DNA of 63,767 nucleotides, counting the filler. It is 6 parts of 6 records of this genome, joined end to end, with 100 filler letters (N's around TTAATTAATTAA, not from the genome) between each part and the next. Parts side by side here need not be neighbours in the genome. Positions count along the whole stretch, not along the records: positions 50,973 to 58,607 come from SRR31156797_18529; positions 58,708 to 63,767 come from SRR31156797_18702; 4 more parts are not named here. One strand, given 5' to 3'. Numbering within the stretch: the stretch's first letter is position 1; each line of letters opens with the position of its first letter. Positions 52,010 through 61,327 of the stretch are shown piece by piece. The position numbers and the translations under genes were made by a program. A model generated the notes under the pieces. It saw nothing but the letters and a program-made list of their open reading frames with translations. It searched no databases and was not told where the DNA came from.

Positions 52010-53065
52010 ATGAAACTAATCCCAACATTCTTGATTTTAATAGCATTATTTCAACTTTTTTCATCGTGTAAAGAGAAAAATGAAATTGAAGAAACGCAAA
52101 TACATCACGATTCCATAAACAGTTTTGGAGGTGCACTTTGGAGTATTTATAAACCGGGTATTGATGAACAAGACCAATGCTATTTCCCCTCCACTTATTC
52201 TTATAGAGCGTTTGAATTTGAAGGTGAAATATTTGCTTCCACAAGCCATCATATTTCAAAATTGAATAATGAATGTTGGGAATCAATTGAACTCGGATAC
52301 GATAATGTATTTGGAACTATAAACTCCGAATTATATATGTGCCCTAGACATGCAGAAACGGGTAAGAAGATTTTTAAATATACTAATGGATATTGGCAAT
52401 TAGCCCCTTTGTTTAATGATTCTATTTGCATGTATTACACTTCTAATAACGGAGTAACAGATTTTATTCAATTTGAAAACAGTGTTTTTTTCGCATTTCA
52501 AGGTACTGATCCAAGTGTTATAGAATATAGAGACCATAAGTTTCAATGGAGGCATGATTTAAAAAAATACACTAGCAGATTTAAAATTGATAACGAGGAC
52601 AGGCTTTGGTTTCTAAGCTGGCAAACTAATATGGGAGATACAAGTACAATTACAGAATATCTATATTACATTAAAAATGAAAATCTGGATTCAATACTTT
52701 TGCCTAATTCTCTTCAAAAAAACGATATAAATGCCATAAATGACAATAATGGTATTATTGTGGGCACAGAAGACAATGGCGTTTTCAAACTTACAGAATC
52801 AGGGTGGATTGATATTTCCAATGAATACCCTTCAGAAAGAATAGTTGATATTACATTTGATAAAAATGGAGAAATGTGGCTTACAACTTTTGATATTGGT
52901 ATAGCACATCTAACTCAAAATGGTTGGGAGATTTTTGATGAAACAACTCCACTTAATGAATACTTCATTAATCCTGGTAAAATGTTTATTGACTCAAAAA
53001 ATAATATCTGGATATCTACATGGTATAATGGCCTGGTAAAATACAAGGGTGTGGCTTTTGATTAA
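52010..53065 (+). CDS. Lipoprotein with beta-propeller (two-component regulator propeller-like) repeats
   Basis: Lipobox LFSSC; repeats IDNEDRLWF, FDKNGEMWLTT..GI, IDSKNNIWIST..GLVKY. Confidence 0.78.
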   Translation: MKLIPTFLILIALFQLFSSCKEKNEIEETQIHHDSINSFGGALWSIYKPGIDEQDQCYFPSTYSYRAFEFEGEIFASTSHHISKLNNECWESIELGYDNVFGTINSELYMCPRHAETGKKIFKYTNGYWQLAPLFNDSICMYYTSNNGVTDFIQFENSVFFAFQGTDPSVIEYRDHKFQWRHDLKKYTSRFKIDNEDRLWFLSWQTNMGDTSTITEYLYYIKNENLDSILLPNSLQKNDINAINDNNGIIVGTEDNGVFKLTESGWIDISNEYPSERIVDITFDKNGEMWLTTFDIGIAHLTQNGWEIFDETTPLNEYFINPGKMFIDSKNNIWISTWYNGLVKYKGVAFD

Positions 53066-53073
53066 TTATAAAC

Positions 53074-53124
53074 TACTCATTTAAAAGGCTTTGTTCTAAT
53101 ACAATTAAATGCTAGGAAGGTTTA
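53074..53124. repeat. Direct repeat copy 2
   Basis: TACTCATTTAAAAGGCTTTGTTCTAATACAATTAA-N8-AAGGTTTA; 34 of 35 nt identical to copy 1 in the first block. Confidence 0.85.
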
Positions 53125-53166
53125 ATTTGTTTTTGCCAGAAAATCCTTATGAAAAGGATAAGGGTC

Positions 53167-53196
53167 AAAAAAATGAGCGGACTCCCCCCGCTCATT
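53167..53196 (-). terminator. Rho-independent terminator of the blaI/blaR1-like operon
   Basis: Minus strand AATGAGCGG-GGGGAGT-CCGCTCATT followed by a T run. Confidence 0.8.
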
Positions 53197-53277
53197 GGCC
53201 TTTCTTGTGTATATAGTTTTATATTATGATTCAAACCGCCTCACGCCCAATCACACAAAACACTAATATACAAACAC

Positions 53278-55044
53278 TTACTTCTTTCTCTTTTTATTAG
53301 CGTCTTCTAATTCTTTAAGTCTTTTTTCAAGCTCAACTTGCTTTTTCTTAAGTTCTTCGTTTTCCTTTTCAAGCTGCTTTGTTCTTGAATTATCATTGCT
53401 ATTGTATGTAGTATTAGAGCCTGGGGAATCAACTTCAATATTACCAAAAGCACTAAACCCTGCAGATGCACCGCCCAAAGCCGTAGAAACAATCCCCTCA
53501 ACATTGAGGTTCCCAACAACAAATGAGGCCACATCCATTCCTGCTTTTGCTGCATTCACAGACGATTCAATAATGGCAGGATCAACTCCGTCAGCTTCCA
53601 TTTCACGTCGCATTTCAATTTCCATTTCCTTGCGAGCCTCTTGTATTTCGAGGGCGGCTTTTTTCATTTCATCATTTATGCCTTCCTTTTTAATTTCCTC
53701 GGAAGCTTCTTTCATTGCTTTAGCTGCTTCTTGCATGGCTACATTAAGAATACCATTCAAGTTTATTCCATTAATGCTTTTATTAATCTCCTGCATCATC
53801 TGTGAGGAGAACTGCGAGTTGGTTTCAGACATAGCTATTTCAATTGCTTTCTCAATAGCTTCTTGTTGCTCCGGCTGAAGTTTTTCGGTGTTTTTAACCG
53901 CCACATTCATTAAACTGTCACGGTTTTGATTCGTATTTTGCTGCAGAACAGTATCATTAGCATGCATTAACGAATGGGTTGGGTTGTTTGAAGTAAACGA
54001 TGCGAGCATAAGGCCTCCCGCAATTATACCTGCTGCGATAATTCCTTCAATAAAATTTGTTTTCATAGTTTTTTCTTTTTGTAATCGGTTAATACGTTGT
54101 AATACACTACCTCTTTTTGCCGAAAATGCCATGGCAAGCCCGGCGGGTTCTGTTTGTTTAATTTGCATTGCTGCAAGGGTTTTTATATACTCAATTTTAT
54201 TACCAGTTGCATCTACCGCAATATTATCGCAACTATTTTCGCGTTCGGAGCGCACCTGAGCCGATATGAGCCATACAGCAGGATGGTAAAAGAACAGCAT
54301 TTCTACCATTGATTGCAGTAGGTTGAATAAATAGTCATTGCGCATTATATGAGCCAGTTCGTGGGCAATAACAGCTTCAAACTCTTTTGGTGTTAATCCG
54401 GTTAAAGCGCTTATGGGGAATAGCACAACAGGCTTTATGGCTCCTAAAGTTACGGGTACCCTGGTCAGTGGTGAAAAGAACGCTTCCACCTTTCGTTTTA
54501 TCCCCAGTTTATGTACAAGGTTTTTGACGATTTCCTCCCACTCATCGCTAATTGGAGACAGTTTTTGGGTTCGCAATCTATAGGTGTAAATAAGCCCTCC
54601 TGTAAACCTTATCATCATAAATAACATTCCCACAAACCAAATCAGGCAAATAACATTGAAGTTTCGCTGGAAAAATGCACGAAACTTTATTGTGTTTGGG
54701 TTAATAACTGATGCGTGTTGGTTACTTTTCTTGTTTGAATGAGCATTGTCCATGGAAAGTATATTCTTGAGGTAATCAGGGTTATTTAGCATTTCTGTTT
54801 TTAAAGCCTGCTTTTCCGAGGCGTACTGATAGGCATTGATAAATGTGATGCCTGCCCAAACCATTATACCCACAAGGGCTACAAACGAAAGAAAATATTT
54901 GATTTGCGCGCTCTTTTTCTTTATAAAATACAAAACGAGAAAAAGTAAAATGGCTATTATTGCGCCTTGCCAGAGCGAGTGAATTAGCATCCACCCTAGA
55001 GCTTCTGTTAATTCTGCGGAGAATATTGCTGCTATTATATTCAT
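53278..55044 (-). CDS. BlaR1-like M56 family membrane metallopeptidase with a helical, non-penicillin-binding C-terminus
   Basis: LIHSLWQG, KPVVLFP, AHELAH, FYHPAVW, ERENSCD, LQRINRL. Confidence 0.9.
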   Translation of the reverse strand: MNIIAAIFSAELTEALGWMLIHSLWQGAIIAILLFLVLYFIKKKSAQIKYFLSFVALVGIMVWAGITFINAYQYASEKQALKTEMLNNPDYLKNILSMDNAHSNKKSNQHASVINPNTIKFRAFFQRNFNVICLIWFVGMLFMMIRFTGGLIYTYRLRTQKLSPISDEWEEIVKNLVHKLGIKRKVEAFFSPLTRVPVTLGAIKPVVLFPISALTGLTPKEFEAVIAHELAHIMRNDYLFNLLQSMVEMLFFYHPAVWLISAQVRSERENSCDNIAVDATGNKIEYIKTLAAMQIKQTEPAGLAMAFSAKRGSVLQRINRLQKEKTMKTNFIEGIIAAGIIAGGLMLASFTSNNPTHSLMHANDTVLQQNTNQNRDSLMNVAVKNTEKLQPEQQEAIEKAIEIAMSETNSQFSSQMMQEINKSINGINLNGILNVAMQEAAKAMKEASEEIKKEGINDEMKKAALEIQEARKEMEIEMRREMEADGVDPAIIESSVNAAKAGMDVASFVVGNLNVEGIVSTALGGASAGFSAFGNIEVDSPGSNTTYNSNDNSRTKQLEKENEELKKKQVELEKRLKELEDANKKRKK

Positions 55045-55430
55045 TACTGTTCCGATTTATCGATCTCATTAATAATACGCTTGATCTCTTCAAGTTCTTT
55101 TGCGCTTGTTTTCTTATTGCCCAACAATTGCATAAGCAACCCGGAAGCCGACCCGGCAAATGTGGTATCTAAAAAGCGGTCCAATAGTTTTCCACGAGTT
55201 TCCTCCTTTTTGATATTTGAGAAATAGAGATGACTTTTCCCGTTTGGCTCCCTGCGCAGTAAACCTTTGGCCGTCATGTTCTGCATAATTTTTAAGGCTG
55301 TAGTGTAACCCACATCTTTTTTTTCTACCAATTTTTCATGTATTTCTTTTACCGTGAGCGGTTCCTTTTTCCAAAGAATGTTTAGGATTTCCAGCTCTGC
55401 CGCAGTAGGCATATTTGTATTTTTGTCCAT
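55044..55430 (-). CDS. BlaI/MecI/CopY family repressor
   Basis: PTAAELEILNILW, GYTT.LK.MQ, KGLL.R, FAGSA..L; TAATG coupling to the M56 gene. Confidence 0.93.
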   Translation of the reverse strand: MDKNTNMPTAAELEILNILWKKEPLTVKEIHEKLVEKKDVGYTTALKIMQNMTAKGLLRREPNGKSHLYFSNIKKEETRGKLLDRFLDTTFAGSASGLLMQLLGNKKTSAKELEEIKRIINEIDKSEQ

Positions 55431-55442
55431 ATACAATCGAAT

Positions 55443-55490
55443 TACGATGTTTGTCGTACAAATATATACGACAATTGTCGTAATAACAAA
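55443..55490 (-). promoter_or_regulatory. Bacteroidota sigmaA promoter interleaved with two BlaI-type palindromic operators
   Basis: Operators TACGA-TGTTTG-TCGTA (55443-55458) and the perfect palindrome TACGACAATTGTCGTA (55467-55482); minus-strand TTTG-N20-TATATTTG (-33/-7). Confidence 0.8.
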
Positions 55491-55808
55491 ATATTTTTGC
55501 ATTTAATTCTAGAAAAGGGGCTAATTGCCTAATAATCATGTACCATACTGCTCCTTACAAATATTATTTGAAATTAACCATATGAGATTTTATTGTGTGA
55601 TTTAGCAAAATTCAAGAAAGGCATTTTTATCACGTTGATTTGACAAAAAAGGCATTTCAGTAATTTCATTTAGTCTATCCTTAAAATCATTAAGTATGTC
55701 ATTTTAAGTACCTGTATTTTTGTAGTGTTGTTTGATAAATCACTTTTATAAACTATAAAAATAAATTTCGAATTAATCTAAAACACAAATAATAAAAATA
55801 CTAAAGAA

Positions 55809-56624
55809 ATGAGTAAAAAAGTTGCAATTATTACAGGTGCTAGTTCAGGAATGGGAAAATCTGCTGCATTTAATCTTCATGAAAAAGGATATAAGGTTTA
55901 TGGTATGGCAAGACGAACCGAAAAAATGAACGCCCTTAAAGAAAACGGAATGGAAATTCTACCACTAGATCTTACCATAGATGAATCCATCGTAAAGGCT
56001 GTAGACACAGTTCTGGAAAAAGAAGGTAGAATAGATGTGTTAATCAACAATGCTGGTTATGGTTCTTATGGTTCTGTTGAAGAAGTGCCAATTGAGGAAG
56101 CAAAACGCCAGTTCGAAGTGAATTTATTTGGTTTATCGCGTATTACGCAATTGGTATTGCCCACTATGCGAAAGCAAAAATCCGGTAGAATTGTCAATAT
56201 TTCTTCAATGGGTGGGAAAATGTACACGCCATTTGGAGCATGGTATCACGCTACAAAATTTGCATTGGAAGGATGGAGCGATTGTTTAAGAATTGAAGTG
56301 AAGCAATTTGGTATTGATGTAGTTATTGTAGAACCTGGAGGCATACAAACTGAATGGGGCGATATTGCAATGTATAATTTGGATAAAGTATCAGGTGATG
56401 GCCCTTATGCTACTTTGGCAAAGAAAGTAATAGCTTCTTCAGATAAGAATAAAAACAAACTAACCCCGGTTGACGTATTAGGTAAAGAAATAGCAAAAGC
56501 AGCTTCCGTAAAGAAACCCAAAACAAGATACCTCAAAGGTTATTTAGCCAAACCACTAGTAGGGATGAGAAAATGGTTGAGCGACCGTACGTTTGATAAA
56601 ATGCTAATGAGTCAAGTAAAATAA
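55809..56624 (+). CDS. Short-chain dehydrogenase/reductase
   Basis: TGASSGMG, NNAG, ISS, YHATK, VEPG. Confidence 0.93.
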   Translation: MSKKVAIITGASSGMGKSAAFNLHEKGYKVYGMARRTEKMNALKENGMEILPLDLTIDESIVKAVDTVLEKEGRIDVLINNAGYGSYGSVEEVPIEEAKRQFEVNLFGLSRITQLVLPTMRKQKSGRIVNISSMGGKMYTPFGAWYHATKFALEGWSDCLRIEVKQFGIDVVIVEPGGIQTEWGDIAMYNLDKVSGDGPYATLAKKVIASSDKNKNKLTPVDVLGKEIAKAASVKKPKTRYLKGYLAKPLVGMRKWLSDRTFDKMLMSQVK

Positions 56625-56642
56625 TATTAGTACCTTTCCATT

Positions 56643-57557
56643 ATGACAAAAGAATTTGTAATAAACTCAATTAGTCAAGCACACCAATCTGTTGGACTTC
56701 CAGCGCCCAAACATCCATTGGTTTCAGTTGTGAAGCCGACAGATTACAGGCCTAAAATAGATTTTAGAGGACTGAAAGTGATCAATAATCTATATCAGGT
56801 TACACTTAAGCAATTGGGGTGTGGAAATTTATTGTACGGAAAGAACTCATATGATTATGAGGAAGGTACTTTGGTGTTTACTGCCCCGGGACAAGTCACA
56901 ATTTTTGATGGTGAAATACCAACAGAAAGAGAATCGGATAAAGGCTGGACACTGGCTTTTCATCCCGATTTGATAAGAAAATCTAGTTTGGCAGACAAAA
57001 TGAGTCAATATTCATTTTTCAACTATGAGGTGAATGAAGCCCTTCATCTCTCAGAAGAAGAGTTAAAAACAATTGAAGAGCTCTTAAATAAAATAGTTAA
57101 GGAGTACAGCCAAAACTTAGATAAACACAGTCAAAATCTTATCATTTCGAATATTGAACTGTTGCTTGACTACTGCACCAGGTTTTACGATCGGCAGTTT
57201 TATACACGTTCTAATTTGAATCTTGATTATGTCTCAAAGTTTGAGAAGTTGTTGAAGAGATATTACGAAACAGAAGATATTGTTGAAAAGGGATTACCTA
57301 ATGTGCAATATCTGGCAAGAGAATTAAACTTCTCTTCTAACTACTTAAGTGATTTATTAAAAAAGGAAACCGGAAAAACAGCACAAGAGCACATACATCT
57401 TTTTGTAATTGAAAAAGCAAAAAACAAGCTGTTAAATTCTAAAAGTTCAATAAGTGAAATCGGGTACTCACTTGGTTTTGAATATCCGCAACATTTTAGC
57501 AATTTGTTTAAATTAAAAACAGGATTTAGCCCCAGTGAATACCGGAGTTTAAATTGA
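56643..57557 (+). CDS. AraC-family transcriptional regulator (Bacteroidota type)
   Basis: YGKNSYDYEEG, FHPDL, RFYDRQF, YLSDLLKKETGK, GFEYPQHFS.LFK. Confidence 0.92.
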   Translation: MTKEFVINSISQAHQSVGLPAPKHPLVSVVKPTDYRPKIDFRGLKVINNLYQVTLKQLGCGNLLYGKNSYDYEEGTLVFTAPGQVTIFDGEIPTERESDKGWTLAFHPDLIRKSSLADKMSQYSFFNYEVNEALHLSEEELKTIEELLNKIVKEYSQNLDKHSQNLIISNIELLLDYCTRFYDRQFYTRSNLNLDYVSKFEKLLKRYYETEDIVEKGLPNVQYLARELNFSSNYLSDLLKKETGKTAQEHIHLFVIEKAKNKLLNSKSSISEIGYSLGFEYPQHFSNLFKLKTGFSPSEYRSLN

Positions 57558-57676
57558 GTATTCTTTATCCAAGTTATAAAAGCCAAAACGGTTCAGGTTA
57601 GTACTTGAACCTTTTTGCATTTATTTACTATATTGTTATCCGACAATAAAGTAGAATTCCCTCATCTCCCCATGCT

Positions 57677-57703
57677 CGCGCTGAATTGCATTCAGTGCGT
57701 TAC
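57677..57703 (-). repeat. REP-like palindrome
   Basis: Minus strand GTAA followed by CGCACTGAAT-GCA-ATTCAGCGCG. Confidence 0.45.
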
Positions 57704-57856
57704 ACTCTTTTTCTTTCAACGAATTCCAACAGCCGTTTGTGCTGTTTAATAATCACAAGTGAGCACACAAGAAAACCCCGTAACTGTTGTTTTAGCAACT
57801 AAATTTATCTACCTTTAAATGCTAAACGTATTAATAAACGTTTATAAAAAAATAAA

Positions 57857-57938
57857 TAACCGTACCTCAAAGGTACGCATAGCCACCCAACGGTGGTTGG
57901 CTATTGGGAATAGGTGCGGATATTTACTAGTTGTGCCG
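57857..57938 (+). mobile_element. Structured att-like site ending in the core G|TTGTGCCG (left cassette boundary)
   Basis: Hairpins CGTACCT-CAA-AGGTACG and ATAGCCA..TGGCTAT, then TTTACTA-GTTGTGCCG; the core is the exact reverse complement of CGGCACAAC at 58582-58590. Confidence 0.6.
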
Positions 57939-57978
57939 CATGCAAGAACCAAAGTACTAAAATAAGGATTTAGAATAA

Positions 57979-58248
57979 GTGAAAAAGATTCATAAAGATA
58001 AAAACGGGCATGAATTCATAAAGGAATCTTACTTTGTTGGAGGGAAAATGAAATTCCGTAGAATTTATATAATTGATGGTATTCCTGCAGATGAATTTTA
58101 TGAGAAAAATGCGACTGACTTGGATTTCTATATGAATGGAGATTATCATTTAATGAGTGAGAATGAATCATATGAAGATGACGATGAGCAAATCAAAACA
58201 AAAATCGATCCATCTGATAACGAACATGATAAAGATTTACCTTTTTAG
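57979..58248 (+). CDS. Small hypothetical protein with acidic C-terminus ending DLPF (cassette cargo 1)
   Basis: 89-aa ORF starting about 50 nt after the GTT core; tail SYEDDDEQ...DNEHDKDLPF. Confidence 0.7.
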   Translation: MKKIHKDKNGHEFIKESYFVGGKMKFRRIYIIDGIPADEFYEKNATDLDFYMNGDYHLMSENESYEDDDEQIKTKIDPSDNEHDKDLPF

Positions 58249-58310
58249 ATTAAAACAATCTCTAAATATATTGATTTTGGATGTGAATAAAGTACGAAAA
58301 GCAATAACGA

Positions 58311-58571
58311 ATGGATGATAAACAAATAGAACAGGTTAAAATAATACTTTCAGACTGGAACCCTCTTGGAGACCAAGCTTCAAAAGTTGATGATTTAAAT
58401 AATTATGAGACTGAGGCAGTTGATATTTTATTTCACATTGACAAAAAAAGTCCACTTACCAGGATTAATAAAATAATGACTGAAGTAATTTATCAAGCAT
58501 TTGATGTTTATCATGAACCAAAAGATACGGTAAAATACGCGGAACGAATTCGAAATACATTTAATAAATAA
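58311..58571 (+). CDS. Small helical protein, DUF1871/YugE-like (cassette cargo 2)
   Basis: L.DWNPLG...YETEAVDI motif, 86 aa. Confidence 0.65.
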   Translation: MDDKQIEQVKIILSDWNPLGDQASKVDDLNNYETEAVDILFHIDKKSPLTRINKIMTEVIYQAFDVYHEPKDTVKYAERIRNTFNK

Positions 58572-58574
58572 AAA

Positions 58575-58607
58575 TGCACGACGGCACAACAATGTGTATA
58601 GTGCATA
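58575..58607 (+). mobile_element. Left arm of an attC-like site (inverse core CGGCACAAC), truncated by the contig end
   Basis: TGCACGACGGCACAAC-AATGTGTATAGTGCATA; the core lies 10 nt after the cargo stop codon and the assembly breaks inside the site. Confidence 0.62.
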
Positions 58608-58707
58608 NNNNNNNNNNNNNNNNNNNNNNNNNNNNNNNNNNNNNNNNNNNNTTAATTAATTAANNNNNNNNNNNNNNNNNNNNNNNNNNNNNNNNNNNNN
58701 NNNNNNN
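58608..58707. other. Artificial contig spacer
   Basis: N run with TTAATTAATTAA. Confidence 0.98.
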
Positions 58708-61140
58708 TTCACCACAACCTGCACAAGCTCCGGAGAATTCGAAGAGAGGTTGTTTGAACTGTGAACCCTTAACTGAGTATAGACGGCTATTTCCAAGAAC
58801 ATCGTTAGAAAGTTCGTGAAAGAACTTTTCATTTTCATTTTCGCCTGCATCGCGTTCATCTTGAATAGGTTTCATTTCGAGTGCATCAACAGGACATTCG
58901 TTAACACATACTGAACAACCCTGGCAGTCTTCGACATAAACCTGGATCTTGAATTTCTTGTCAGCGTCTTTACCTTTAACATCCAAAACCTTGAATGTTT
59001 CAGGAGCGCCTTCAAGTTCAGCGGGATCGATCAGTTTTGCGCGGATCGAAGCATGAGGACAAACGAATGTACATTGGTTACACTGGATACATTTGTCAGC
59101 GATCCAATGAGGTACTGTCGGAGCAACACCACGTTTTTCAAGAGCTGCTGTACCTGTTGGGACATAACCGTCGATCGGCATATCAGAAACAGGGATGTCA
59201 TCACCCTTTTCACGCATGATGGGTTCAATAATGTTCTTAACGAATTCAGGGGCATCGTCTGCAACAAGCTTTGCAGGTTCAGCTGCAACTTCGGGAAGTT
59301 CAGCAGGAACAGCAATTTCCTGAAGAGCAGCTTCAGTAGCATCCACAGCTTTCCAGTTCATTTCAACAATGTTCATACCTTTTTTCTTGTATGATTTTTC
59401 AATTGCGCCCTTGATCAATGCAATAGCTTCTTCTTTGGGAAGAACACCGGAGATGATAAAGAAAGCAGCCTGCATAACGGTGTTGATACGACCGCCCAGT
59501 CCAACTGCTTTAGCAATTTCAAGTGCATTGACATTATATACTTTAACGTTATTTTTAATGATCTCTTCTTGCATTTCTTTTGTGAAATGTGAGAAGACTT
59601 CTTCAGTTTTCCAGTTTGAGTTCAGAAGGAAAACGCCATTTTCTTTAATTCCTTCAACAACGTCATAACGGCCGATAAAAGCTTGGTTGTGACATGCGAT
59701 GAAATTAGCGTTTTGAACCAAGTATTCAGACTGGATCTTAGCTGTACCGAAACGAAGATGTGAGCGAGTGATACCGCCTGATTTCTTGGAATCGTACTGG
59801 AAGTAACCCTGAGCGTTCATGTCAGTGTTATCACCAATGATCTTAATGGAGTTTTTATTGGCGCCAACAGTACCATCGGAACCCAATCCCCAGAACTTAG
59901 CTGAGAAAGTGCCTTCTGGCAGGGTGTTGATCATATCGGTAACTTCCAAGGATAGATTGGAAACATTATCGTTTATACCAACGGTGAAACCATGAGTATC
60001 AGCTTTATCATAAACAGCTTTAACCATAGAAGGTGTGAATTCTTTAGAAGAAAGACCGTAGCGACCACCGATGATCTTAACATCTTTATCTTTTAGAGCA
60101 GCTACAACGTCCAAGTACAGAGGTTCGCCCAGTGAACCGGGTTCTTTTGTTCTGTCAAGAACGATGATCTCTTTAGCTGTTTCAGGAATTGCATCAATAA
60201 AAGCTTCAGCTGAGAAAGGACGGTAAACGCGAACTTTGACGAGTCCAAGTTTTTCGCCTTTGGCATTCAGTGAATTAATGGTTTCTTCAATGGTGTCACA
60301 ACCTGAGCCCATAGCGATGATAACTTTTTCGGCATCTTTAGCACCAACATAATCGAAGAGGTGATACTGGCGGCCGAGAACCTTAGCAACCTTATCCATA
60401 TATTCCTGGATAACGGCAGGGGTTTCATCGTACATCAAGTTAGTTGTTTCGCGGCCTTGGAAATAAACATCAGGATTTTGAGCACCGACTTTGAGGCGCG
60501 GATTTTCAGGATTCATTGCACGGGCGCGGAAGTCTTCAATGTATTTTTCTTCTACAAGACCCTTGATCGTATCATAGTCGATAATTTCAGTTTTTTGAAT
60601 TTCGTGAGAGTTACGGAAACCGTCAAAGAAGTTCAAAAAAGGAACTTTGGATTTCAGTGTTGCCAAATGAGAAACGATAGCGAGATCCATGATCTCTTGA
60701 AGATTTGAAGCGGCAACTAAAGCATAGCCGGTGTTACGTGCAGACATAACGTCTGAGTGGTCACCAAAAATTGATAATGACTGTGCAGCCAAAGAACGTG
60801 CTGAAACATGGAAAACCGTGGGAAGCATTTCGCCTGCGATCTTGTGCATGTTCGGAAGCATTAGCATCAAACCCTGTGATGCCGTGAAAGTGGTGGTAAA
60901 AGCACCTGCTGAGAGTGAACCGTGAACGGCACCGGCAGCACCGGCCTCTGATTGCATTTCTACGATATCAACGACTTCGCCAAAGATGTTCTTACGGCCG
61001 TTTGCAGCCCAAACATCAGCATATTGACCCATATCTGATGACGGTGTGATCGGGTAGATCGCAGCAACATCAGAGAAGGCATAAGCAACATGCGCAGCGG
61101 CGGTATTTCCGTCGATCGTCTGTTTTTTGAATTTACTCAT
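58708..61140 (-). CDS. nifJ: Pyruvate:ferredoxin (flavodoxin) oxidoreductase, single-chain NifJ type, 3' truncated
   Basis: IYPITPSS, MQSEAGAAG, GLGSDGTVGANKN, YDSKKSGG, CIQCNQC..VCP, EFSGACAGCGE. Confidence 0.96.
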
Positions 61141-61327
61141 TTTTACTCCTAATGTATTCAATTTTCAATTGTGTCCGACAAGCCAAAAGATACAATGAAA
61201 AAGGTTCGAGGTAAAGTGAAATTTTAGGAAAATAATCACATAAAAAGTAAAAATATTATTCATAATTGTTTTTCGTATTTGCATAATAATTGATAAAATA
61301 GACGAATTAATAAAAAGGTATAGTCGA

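Noticed and set aside
22191-58707. Five identical N/TTAATTAATTAA blocks that look like a repeat family, with abrupt composition shifts across them that look like islands
   Set aside because: They are artificial contig joiners; the flanks come from different organisms, so no cross-spacer operon or HGT inference is valid.
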